In this document: positions 25,201 to 37,501 of the stretch, in pieces
How positions within the stretch are numbered: the first letter of the stretch is position 1
Layout of the letters: the number at the start of each line of letters is the position of its first letter
Assembly (NCBI GenBank): GCA_965285935.1
Contig: OZ260661.1
Coordinates: 60,884,001-60,948,000, forward strand
DNA from: Ophelia neglecta
Lineage: Eukaryota
DNA length: 64,000 bases
Reading direction: 5' to 3'
Made by a program: the position numbers and the translations under genes
Notes under the pieces: model-generated
The model's input: only the letters and a program-made list of their open reading frames with translations
The model's database searches: none
What the model was told of the DNA's origin: nothing

Positions 25201-28200
25201 AAGAATATATCAATACATAGACCTAGTTGTGTTTCTCTATACTAGAGTTTCCACTCCAGGAGGTGAACATGTCTGGTAAATTTTGTTGGTAAAATGATGT
25301 GTGTGGAGACCTTGGCCCTGGACTTCGATGGCTGATGGATGAGGACGGGTAGCTTTGAAGACATAATAAATTATATCTACGTTATCATACTCGAGTTTTC
25401 GAATAATTAAGTGGGCTCTTCTCTTAATTGTTTTAGTACAAACGTTTGTTCTTTCCCTCGATATCACATATATGGCAGGGCGGGGGTCTTTGAAACTGAA
25501 TATATATAAGGAGAACTTGTCGAAATGTGAACGATATACACCCACTTGGCAACTGCTCGGAGATAAGATGTGTAAAAATAGATTCTACCACACGTGTGCT
25601 GCATATCAAATATGTCTGAATCGAAATGTCGAGAAATATCTTCAACTTCACTGCACTCAGTCAAACAGAATATGTTGTTTATGTCAGCTAAATGTTTTGT
25701 TTATGGAACAAAATGAACAAGAAATTTTTCATACATATGCTTAAATGATTTGTCTGAATGCCACATTGTACCCGGGTGAAAAATAAGTTAGGTACAATCT
25801 TGAACAATAATACCCCACTGAACAATGTTGGTACAGCTACAATTTCATAAATATCAACGGCTGAAACTTATTTATTTATCTCGAGAAAATAGACGATAGA
25901 TAGGGCTGTTGTCTTATTGCAATGGAAGAATCCTTTTAGAGTAGAGAAGCAACAGCTTGCAATTAGACGCAATGGAATTTCCGGTTTTCTGATGAAAGAA
26001 GGTATCGACTGCATTAACGCGAATCATGTCACGTTGGAAACGAACCATCGGACTAAGAGGAATTAGGGGGAGACTTCCAAGAGATATTGAGTCAGAATTA
26101 CCCGAAGCCCCTACGAAACTCATTGCGGCTCCCCTGCTGCCTGTTGGGCTAGAATTCTTTCCCATTAATGGCCTGCGATAAATTGGATTTGGAATTTGAT
26201 CTGCCCTTTGGTGAATATTTGTTTGAGATCACGCCACAAGTGGGTCCAGAACATTAAGGTTAAGTTGTTAATTCAAATTCCCCCGAGTAGATGAAATGAC
26301 GTTTGTTTCTTTGAGCGTCTTTGAACACATTTATTGTGGACACTGCCAGAGTGGAGGTCATGTAAGACAATGGACTGTCGAGTTAACGAGCGCTCCCCTC
26401 CTCTTGCCTGTTGTCGACAACAGGCCCGTGAGGTCAATTGAGTGGCGGACAGTTGGGCGGCGGGGATAGATAGACCGGTAGAAAAGAAGGGGCGACTTGG
26501 ACGCTGATAGATGTGGGGAGAGAGGGTACTCCCTTGGGGCTTCCTGCCCGAGACTCTGCTCCGGCCATATCAGTGTGTGAGGGGAGACACCTGTCCCACT
26601 AGATAAACGTCCCGGTCAGCTTGGCAGACGACACACCCTCCTCTCTCCCGCCAACGGCCAGCGATCTCAGTTTCCTTCAGGAGATTGCCCTGTCGGAAGG
26701 ATAGATTCTAATACATTTTAATCTTGACAGCGTATTTATAACAGGGTGCCTCTGGGACTTAACCGACAAGCCTATATTTAATTGACATTTAAATTTCCTC
26801 GCCAGGTCATGTAGTGGTTAACCCTAGTAGTTCTGATTGATAGCCAGACTTTGAGATTTAAATCCCCCTAATACCCAGAATTTATGTTTTCGTTCGTCTA
26901 ACGTCAAGGATATGAATGCCCCACGTTGAAGGTATTTCCTCTACAGCAATGTATCTTGTACAAGAACTCAGCACCCGGGATTTGCTGGATTTAAATGAAA
27001 CGTGTGAAATATCTCTGAGATTAGAAAGCGCTGAATTACTCTTATTTGTCTCCATCTGCCCTGCTAGTCTTTTGGCAGAGGATTTGTTGGAAAGTGCGAG
27101 TAGCTCGTCTCCAACGCCTGGCTGGGCACCATTATACATAGTAAATAGCAAAGGAATTGTTCTAGTCTTGGGCACACCTGACACTGACAGAGCCTACTTC
27201 TATGAAGACAAACTATCCCGGGTGTAACCCCCAGAAAGTCAATCACGAAGCATGTCCCAGAAAGTGAAAAAAACTGAAATATTTCATGCAGTCCATTGCA
27301 CATTAGACCCATTATCATTGTCCTAACAATGGAATTATGAAAGCCGAGAGATAAATATGTATTTTGACATAAAGGCAAATTCTCTCACATTAGTTTGATA
27401 GCAAGGCGTAGAAGCCAGACTCTCGCAATTTCCTGAACGACTTTCCTTGTGATTTGCGTATTTTTACCATTTTATGTTTTCCTTTCGGCCTGGACTTCCT
27501 TTAAAGCTGATTGGATCTTGCATAAAGAAATGCCAATTCTCATGTGTCCATCTTTGATATATTTATGAGAAATTCTAAAAACAAGAAAGATTCGCCATGT
27601 TTGTAAAACAAATAACTATCAAGGGTTTGAAAACAATTGTATTTCTTTTGCCCGCGATAGGATTGTTAACAGAGGGTAAAATAGAAATTCCATCAATTCA
27701 GCCGACGTGAATTCCTATGGTGCTCGCTTCTCTTACCAGATCATTCTCTTTGAATGATTCGCGGCCTCAGACATATAACATGAGCGACAAATCAGCTCCC
27801 TTAAGTGCCACAAATCCTAGGGTATTTTCTTTACTCATGTCCAGGTTTCGTGGCAAGTTCCCACATGTAAATAGTCAGGGTTTGCATCATGATCTGTCTT
27901 ATTGACGGCCAGATGATTAGCCAGCGTCCTCAGCCGTCATCAGAAGATGCATGAGGCCAAAGACATGGCCATGGCTTTTATATCAGGTCAGAAAATCTAG
28001 GACCACTCCATATGATTGAACACTTTTAATTTCATCTTGCATTTGTCGTATTCAGGCCATGAAAGGTCGGTTATGTGTTGTTACACAATTCGGACCCTAA
28101 CCTCGTGGCCCCAAAACTGTGACACCCTGCATCAAATTTGTAATAAAGGTCACTGTATCTACAAATCGATCCGCCTCGTGCCAATAAATCGTGAGAATGG

Positions 28201-28595
28201 CTAGGTCCAGCTTCCAGACACTTGTACCCGTTAATCAAACGCTGGTTTACCTCGTTTGGCGCTGTATATACTAAATAGGTTTTGATGCTGAAAGAGTCTT
28301 TCAGTTGATTTCAATGGCACTCGTGTCGAGTGGCTATATCGGCTACAAGAGCTGTAGACAAAAATATTTGATATATTTCTGGGACTTCTTTCAACGACCT
28401 ACATAAAAAGTTGCAAACGAAATATGTAGTTGTTTGCATATTTACGCCGTTCTCATCCCTAAAATATCAATACACACTCATAACTATCAACACCATCTGA
28501 AATTGAAATTCTTCGTTGCAGATGTGTGCCAGCTAGCCCCGATGTCGTATTTTACCCCGACCTGCTGCTATTACTGGCCCAAATCGACGTGGAGG

Positions 28596-28607
28596 GCCGC
28601 CATCTTG
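28596..28607 (-). promoter_or_regulatory. YY1/Pho consensus site
   Basis: GCCGCCATCTTG is the reverse complement of CAAGATGGCGGC. Confidence 0.35.
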
Positions 28608-28835
28608 GATGTTATTGCAGATAAACCACAGGACTGCCATTGAGAAGAGGCGGCTAGAGTGGGTCAAAGACTGAGTGCAGCCGGTACAGAACTCTGCTAT
28701 AGACACCATGGCATGGAATGGCATCAAATACGTGTAGAGCAACTCTCCAGCTGTATTTAATAGCTCTAAGTCACTCCCACTCACTGGATTAAATATAAAT
28801 GAAGACCGGGGTAGTCAACAAATCAGAACTCATCA

Positions 28836-28849
28836 GGGGGGGGGGGGGG
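28836..28849. repeat. G14 homopolymer
   Basis: Direct reading. Confidence 0.9.
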
Positions 28850-31800
28850 AGACGCCAATGAATCATTCTGTGATAGCGTTAATTAATCGAAAGAACAAAG
28901 CATGACCAATTTAATTGTCTGATACTAAATCAAAAATAATTGATCTGATTTACAGGACTGCTTGCAAAAATATTTAGCAAATGAACATGCACGGGTTTAT
29001 AATTCATTCTGAAAGCAAGTGGATAAAGAAGAGAAAGAAGCAAACCTGATATGCGATCAGTCGTCTCGGGCTAAAGAAATAAGCCCAGTCAACCTTTGAC
29101 ATAGGTTCCCTGAAATGTCCTAAATTGATGATACCCTGGTGCACGTATTTGACGTTTTTAGGTTAGAAAATCACAGTCAAACCAAAGGTCGAGAAAAACA
29201 CAACGGAACACGCCTGCGATGTCCTCTCGGGGCCACTCGACTTCTTTTGGAGCACCTTGAAACCTTTAAAATATTTGACCTTTTGCCACTTTGGGGCATC
29301 TGTCCAACATTAAATTCTTCGGTTCATTAATACTTTAAAACCGCCGTTCTCGTTGCAAAGTTTAAGTCAAAATATATCCAGCTACTGCTTCATCAAGGGG
29401 ACAAGTGTAGGCAGTAATTCACTTAGACAGACAGTAACTGGGTATTGTCAAATGTCCTCCGCCAAGAGGTAAAAACTATATATCATGTATGGCGTGCTTA
29501 ACCAGCCATGAGTTTTAAAATACGAGATATGATTAATAAAAATTATTTCTTATGTATACGTATATTCGTCTTCTAGTTTTCGTTTATAATCGTTTTTATT
29601 GAAAGTCAACATATACGATCGACAACTTCGACAGAATAAGGGAGTTTAGTGCGAAGCATACATGTGTAGTGGACGAGGTTTATAGCCCCTGATACAGGGC
29701 ATCAACAAACATAGTTTAACAGGTTATATTACCTCAAATCAGTTGTGGCCTTGGTCGGCGCTTTGTGCTCCCCCCTGTCTCGACAAACTGTAAATATTAT
29801 AAAGAATTTGATTGTTGTTGACTGTATGATTAACCCAAATGTTGTAAGATGGTATAAAAACAAAGTCAATGATCTTTGTGTCTAGCATGGATGCCAAGTT
29901 GGAAAGTAGCAATATTCTTGAAAGAATCTGTACCAAGCTGAGGTGAGTTTTTCCTTAATGCATTTTTGTTGATTCCTATCACTCTGATTGATGCAAAAGG
30001 TTTTATAAAAGCCAAAAAAAAAGTTCTTTTATCAAAGGCACAATAGTCTTCAATATCTGGCAACATGCGTCGGTTCGTGTATAGATGCCACCCAATTTTC
30101 AAAAACATGTAGGTTTTCCCAATGAAGATACGGTTTATCGATTTCTGCATTCCCGCTTTTTTCTTATATTTTTGGCCATCGTGATGCACGTAGAGATACA
30201 GGCAGCATCTGGAATTATTTACCCAAAAAAACGCAGACAACCTTGGTGTATGAGCCAACAAAGCTCGAGCTCAAATTAGTCATCGATCTGCCGTTTGGGC
30301 CAAACAGGGCGCAATCAATTCGGATGACATCTGCTAATATGAAAAAATTGGAGAAACGCAAGCCCCTCTTCACTCACTGTCAAAGTTTTGTGTTGAAGTA
30401 TGTAGAAGCCCCGTGTAATATCGGAGGGGCCTAGCCTTTGGTATTTAGCTTCGACGGAGAGTGATTGACTATCGTTTGATTAATCTTCGGAAAAAAATAG
30501 ATGCCTTGAAAGACGTTCCAATGCAGGGCTTGTTGAATCTGTATGGCTGAGTAGAACGAGTTTTTGCTCGAGCATAGAAGCGGCTGAAATCTCGCGAGAT
30601 AATCAAAAAGAAATAGTGAAGTGTGATTCCTCCAGCTTGGCATAGAACAAATGTGCTGTTGATGCATTCGGAAGGGTTCCTTGATAAAGAAAAATGTGCG
30701 ATGGCAAAGCGAGTGGAATTAAAGGTCGTTACTTTGGCATATCAGGCAGCCAGCTATGCGGCTATCTGACAACGGAGCACACGAGTCAGTGCATCACACA
30801 GCAGACTTACAGCACTCGGCCCTGACTCCCAACCCGCGGCCCATATCTCAGCAGGCCTATCTATCACGCAAGGCCATTATCAGTAGCACTGGAGGGCTCG
30901 ATTCCCAGCCGATTGACACAAACTTAATCCAGAAACAATGTGTCTTAATCGGCTTAGTTAAAAAGTTGGCATGTACAACGCATAAAACAACCACTAAATT
31001 GCTAAAATCACTAAATAATCTCACCTCGGAGTACTAGCTTCTTCATTTGGAAGTCATTCCATATCATACTAATTTTGCTGTGTGTATATTCTAATCAATA
31101 TCTGATATAAATATATATATAAAAATTTTCTCTGCAGCAATTTCTAATCGAACCATCTCGGATTACATGTGATTTATTTATTCATTGTGGAGCTGTAGCA
31201 AAATATCTAGATGTAAATTTATAGGCATTTTTTATCCCCCTAACATATGTATACAAACTACACAGTAGTTCATCTATAAGCCTGTATATTTTCACTAAAA
31301 AAAAGTGGCATATAATATTTCATTCAAGTCAATACAACTAATGCAATGCCATAAATTTTGATCCATGTAAAAATAATCACAATACGCCTAATGATAGAAA
31401 TGATAACAGAAACCTATCATGTACAGTAAGAATTATACCAATAAGACACCTGTTTACTTAAATTTCTATTTATTTACATAACAGTATGTGTCAATTGCTG
31501 CTAAAATATTTGTAACATTATACTTTATGTGTGCATCTTATTAAGTTCAGGATAAAAACATAATAGATTTAAATACATACAGAATTATATGTGGCTGTTA
31601 CAATAGTGCATGTCAAATAATATGTAGGCTTCAGTTTATGTTACACGTTTGTGATTAAATAGCATATTGTCGGTCTTAGTAGTTTTCTCCCTAATAAAAT
31701 CTGATATAAAATTACAGAAAAGGTTCAACTATGCGGTTGTAAAGCCCATGGCTTTAGGCCTATTAACTAGTGTAGTTACATTTAAACTATTCTGAGGGGC

Positions 31801-32757
31801 ATAACCCATATAAATATGTATCTTAAACAGTGTAACTCCAATGAATTTTCTCATCGCCTGCGTGGCTGTTAGAATGATATTTTATCCTGGACTAGTTTCA
31901 GCAGTTTAATTATACGATCGCCGCGGGATGTATCATAAAGAAGATAAAACTAGTCTGGGCTGGAAGGAGATCTGGGTCAAAATCGAACACGCTCGCCATA
32001 ACAAAATATAAAACTTTGGTTTTATGACAGTAAGGGTACGCTGGTGGTTGTTGGCAAGGTGCTTAAGCAAACACACTTCCTCTTCCCGTCAGACATCTCG
32101 CACAATCACGTCTGATTACAGATGTGGTTTTTCGCCAAGTCCAAAACGGACAAAGCACGACATAGGCCTATTGGGTGTTATCCTACCCAATTTCGTGAAA
32201 AATGATCGGCACGTCGAATTTCAATTACTTGTCCTTGTACGTCATTCGATATAAGCCATGTCATTATGCTTGCTCATTTATGTAATGATCTCAGCTTTTT
32301 GCAATTATCGAATCTATATGGATGGTAAAAACACCGAGCGCCTCTAACGAGTTTTGTGATTGCAGTTAAAGGATATTAGTAGATTTCACTTTTTTTGCAG
32401 TTCTTGTGTATTTTTATGGTCGTATTACTGCAAGTCAAATCCGACTGGTGGAGGATTAAAATTAATTGATTTATTGACACTTTTAGGTAAATGCCTAAAT
32501 GAGTCTGATATTCTTTTTTATATGCTATTAATTTTTTTTCAAACATTGTGCTTGATATATTTAGCCTCTGCGAGGAACAGCCGTGTGCTGTAGCTGATAT
32601 GACGACCCATAGTTATTATACTAGAAAAATAAATATATAGTATTAATTTCTGGCTATGAAAGTTAAAACTATTAGATATATTGCATTTACCGCTATAGTG
32701 CAAGAATGTTTGTATCTAATGACCAATGTATTTTCTCTAGACTTCAGCATGTATATA

Positions 32758-32935
32758 CAGTGAAACCTGTAAATTAAGACCACAAAAGGGACTGGAGAAT
32801 ACTGGTCGGATTTTGGAGGTGGTCTGCTTAGACAGGTTTTTTAACATTGAAAGTATACAGCAACATTCTCATACTGGTGGTCTGAATTGACAGGTGGTCT
32901 GATTATAGAGGTGGTCTTTAAGGCAGGTTTCACTG
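32758..32935. mobile_element. 178-bp MITE, Tc1/mariner (pogo/Tigger-like) non-autonomous DNA transposon
   Basis: Perfect 12-bp TIR CAGTGAAACCTG/CAGGTTTCACTG extending imperfectly to ~25 bp (...AAGACCAC). TA target-site duplication at 32756-57 and 32936-37. Internal GGTGGTCT x4 (32818, 32876, 32893, 32910). No ORF. Confidence 0.88.
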
Positions 32936-33187
32936 TATTACTTTAAATGAGCCATTAAAGAAGTTCGACACCATTCATCACATTAGTAGAAAACTCATGT
33001 TTCTATATTGAGGTGACGCTACACATTTGATTAATCAAGCTATGCGAGAGCTGTTTACATGTATTTAAGAAAACTTTGAATAGACCTTGATAGCATACTT
33101 TTATGAGGTGAATTATTATTGTTAAATGCAAAAATAATGAACCCTAAGTTTTATACGCCAGAATGTGTTAAAATGCGCGTTTTTCGT

Positions 33188-33197
33188 TGATGGATGG
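33188..33197 (+). promoter_or_regulatory. Pbx/Exd-Hox1(labial)-type site TGATGGATGG
   Basis: Exact TGATGGATGG. Confidence 0.3.
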
Positions 33198-36043
33198 TGA
33201 CTTCTAAGTCACTGTCCACATCACCCGCGTATAAATAAGGAAGGTCGATTGCAGTGATCATAAATAGATGTCCCATACTGTGTGAAAATGACCTCAAGGG
33301 ACACGCCAAATATATCATAATTTGAATGAATTTGCACTGGTCATATCGGGTGATAAGGACGACAATTACTGGTGAGTGTGCAGTATACGCCTCTTCAGTG
33401 TTTTGTCAGAGAGATAGTTTCTTTCAATGCGGAAGAATACCAAAAGCGACCCCATGTTGACCTTTCACAGGCTGCGTCCCTGGTGTTACGACCTCCATTG
33501 TCGTCATGGAAATAGTTTCCATATAAGGCAATGAACTTTCAAGCTTGGGGACTACTTAACCAATGTTCACCCAAGCAATGAATGCGAGGATAAATGAAAT
33601 ATTATTGATGTTTTATGACTCCTGGGTGGTAGTCGATGATGGGATTTGTAATTATCTTCCCATTCAATGACCCAACAATAGGCAAACCATCATAAAGTCA
33701 GAAAATAGCTCATAATTTATGGCAGCCATGATACACTGATGGGCACTGGTAGTGATGAAAGTGGTGAATTGTGTAATTTTTCAAAACAAACATTCCATTC
33801 TCTTATTAGATTGCCAAATAAATTCTTGTCATGAAAATTTATCTGACGAATTAATTCGTGAAATCAGTGCAACAATATGCTGGCCATCTTTTTGCAATAA
33901 AGTCTAGACCCCCCATGTTTGCCTGATTTTAATTTAGGAATATTAGAAAGAGCAAATTAGAAATGTCACTGCATAATAAGGCAGATAAGTCCCCCATATG
34001 CTCATTGTACGAAACTTATATATATAGGCCTTAACTTGTATAGCCCTTAGGCCTAAAGCTCATATTAAGGGACTAGCAACGTATGTAACGAAAAAAATAC
34101 CACCCATATAAAACAAACAGAGTAATTGTGAACTGTGTTCAACTATTTATAAAGTCAAGTACAGGGAGGAGGACCTATAGATAATTTGCTTCACTAAATA
34201 CCCGATACAACGTCGATTAGCCTCCTTGTGAAACTTGTTCAGGGTTTCCCCTCCACCTTGGTGTGCTGGCTCCTGCCTGAGAAGTCATAGGGCTCGCTCT
34301 AAGTGAATTATCGCAGTTTAAAGAAGGAAATTTACTCCTGATTAATGGCACGTCTAGAACTTGCTCTTGGTAAATTTTCTGATAAACGGCATTTTAAGGT
34401 TGGTTTATGAGCCTCGCGAGGTGTATCGAGCTTCGTGTGACAAGCAGTCGGCAGGCCCAGCTTAATTGCTGTCAATTTGGTACCAGCGATGGATGTCTTG
34501 CCAGGATGCACAGGCCCTCTCGATTTACGAGACGGAAAACAATGACACATTTCTTGGAAATGAATAGTCACAGGATTGGGCAGCTTATACTTATACATTG
34601 TTGCCATTGTAACTAGAAAATTGGATGAACTTGTCCGAAGGAATGGCATGGCAAGATAACCGAGTTTAATACCCCCCTCGGTGGCTAGGGTCAATTCCTG
34701 GACCAAACACCCGTTACACATCTCTGTCCACAGCAATAAAATCAGGAACTGACCCCTTTCCAAAGTGTACTCAAACCAAAGAAACATGGGATCAGGATTG
34801 GAGAAGCTGAACTGTTTAGTCCAATCAACCGATTCAGATGCAATGGCCCTTAGGGTGAATAGCAACAGCTTCAATGAATGTCAATAACACATATCTCTAT
34901 TAAAATTATCGTGCCGTACACATAGACTCACATCTATTATTTAGTGCCCAAACTGAATGTTTGGAGTTAGGTAACAATACTAAAATAATCTTTTTTATTG
35001 GCAAAATCGACCAAATATTACTTAGGGATAGATGAATACAAAACCCGACTGATTGTACTCTGATCGTATGACAAGTGTCTGACCCAATCCACTGTGTTAC
35101 ATTTTGCCACTACCTGTACGGACTGCAGAGTAACAGGTTTTGACAATTTTCCAAACTTGCAAGTCTCTCCAATTGGCTTAAAATTTCTAATACTGGGTAC
35201 ATACTATAGGCCTGCCCAAGGACGCCAACTATTGTATGAAAGAAATGGAAATGTTTTTGAAAATGACCTTGCAAATATAGTGCGTGCAATGTTGTTCAAT
35301 ATTGCACCATACAATCAAAACGAAAAAAAACCTAATACCCCTTTGGTTGGCGTGTTCAATGTAATGGGGCTTGGTTGCCCAAAGCTAGTCAACCATTCTC
35401 AATTGAGCGCCAAGGGGGAACATGTACGACAAGGAAAGTAACACGTGACTATTAACATAGGATGGGGGCTGTTCATTTGTCAGTGTCCTTTGATGTTGAC
35501 ACATTGTGAAGTTTACTTTTTAAGTCTATTCACTCCGTAGGTGCATGTCTGATGATCATCTACCAAACATTTATTTCTGGTAATATTATGCTTTCGTTAA
35601 TTGTTCTAAATTTTCCCAGATGAGGAAAAAATAAATTTTTGACAGTTTTGTGAATAATTATTATACTTGCACACCTAAAAATGCTGAAAGAAAAAAAAGA
35701 AATACATTTATCATTTGACATTTAGAGATGTTTGAAAGGTATAATCTTGTTCATTTGTTGATGTAACTGAGGGCGAAATTGATCTAGGTTTTTTGGATAA
35801 AGCTAAGAAGATTTCAAGGTAAACTAGAGGCTTAGATGGAAGTGAGGTTGGCATTAAATCATACTGACTAGCCAGACAGGGCTTACAGCTTCTTTATCCC
35901 CCTGATAAATCTAATCAGTCATGGTGTGGAGGGGTTTCTCTATGGTGCAGGCAATTGCATAAAACACCCTGGTTACCCGCGGGCGGGAACATCATTCAAG
36001 GGGAATCTTTGACCAGAGTCGAGGATAACATCTGCCGAGGATT

Positions 36044-36073
36044 AGCAAAGGTGTTCTAGGTAACACCTTTGCT
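36044..36073. repeat. Inverted repeat, perfect 12-bp stem, 6-nt loop
   Basis: AGCAAAGGTGTT-CTAGGT-AACACCTTTGCT. Confidence 0.85.
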
Positions 36074-37491
36074 GGAAGAGGAAGTATAGAATACTCTTGA
36101 TATATGATATGGCGTATGATGAAGAGAGGGCTCACTTTTGACACAGAAGCTGGCAGCTTGGCCTTGGCCCGAATGTAATGCCCAAAGCCTTTCCACCAAA
36201 GAAAACTCTCAAAGGCAGTCCGACAGCCCGTATCCGAATCACGCTAGACCACTTCATCATAAGCACAATATAGCGCCATGTGCACGAGAACTGCTGCCCG
36301 ACTCATGACCAGTTTCTTATTAGGTCCGGTCAGGTATTGATGGAGATTTATACTGGCTTTGACTGCCGGTTAATTATTGATGAGATGGATCAATGGACAT
36401 GCTATCGGCAGACGACCAGCGCATCTTTAACAAGTTGGCGCCATTCTGGTACCTCTGGAGACATCTGGCGACAGAACTGATAACTATATCCACAACTACT
36501 AACACCACTCTTTTAAAGTTGGCAAATATTTTTAATATTTATTTAGCTGGGCATATACATGTAATAACCTAGCAATGGAAATGCTTATATAAAGAATAAT
36601 GTTTCTTAAATAAATTTTGTCTTAATATAACTTGTTATAAAAAACTGTAGTTAAAGCATAGTTGCGGTAATAGACTTTAAATACTACAGAGAAAATATGT
36701 ACACAGAGTTTTTAAAAAAATGAAAATTGGGATAGATAGTCGTATAACTCAAGTGAGACCTCAAGGAAATATGATAATAATATTTATACATCTAAATTAC
36801 ATCTATATAAACACTACGTAAGGTCAGTTACAGACATATAGGCCTATAGGCCTATAGTGACAATGTGCTTAACATATTCGGTGAATTGAAACGTAGAACG
36901 GTTCCTTATAAAAACAACGAAAAATACTTTTATGTCATAATAAACGTAGGTATGCCCTAATCAAGTTTTTAATTATCGGGATATATTAACTGATTAAGAA
37001 ACAATGGAAATGGAAAAGATGGGTGATGGTTTTTTTAAGTCCTAAATGATTTTATCCTATTGCTTGTAGGCCTATTTATTTAATGCTATTTAAAACAATA
37101 ATCTTGAAAACTTGAAATATCAAAATCTCAAATTGGAAAAGGAAAATCTTTTAATCATGCAAGGGGATTAAATACCAACCACACAGGGATTAAATTAATG
37201 GAATGTATTGTTTTTGACAAATATATTGTCTTCATTTATTTCAACGAATGTTTTATCGCAATGTAACTATAAGTTTTCGTAAAGAGTCGACTAACTTTAT
37301 AATGCGAGTGGTGGCGATTTTCCCCCTCACAATTATGTCATTAAGTTAAGATTTAATTATCTGATGACCGTATATTATTTTGTGTCATATAAGTCAAAAT
37401 GTTCACAACTTAACAAGCAAAATATTCCTTAAACCAGTTTGGCAAGTTTTAATTGACAGCAGTTTCATTTTTCAAATGAAAATTTATTGGT

Positions 37492-37501
37492 CCCCCCCCC
37501 C
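37492..37501. repeat. C10 homopolymer
   Basis: Direct reading. Confidence 0.9.

Noticed and set aside
26805-26868. tRNA/SINE-like A-box (GTAGTGGTTA) and degenerate B-box (GATTTAAATCC)
   Set aside because: The B-box lacks GTTC, there is no cloverleaf pairing, and there is no second copy.
34332-34874. Longest ORF (180 aa, minus strand)
   Set aside because: TTG start, no recognisable domain and random-looking composition; its length is not exceptional for 64 kb across six frames.
36044-36073. Helitron 3' terminal hairpin
   Set aside because: No CTRR terminus at the expected distance on either strand.
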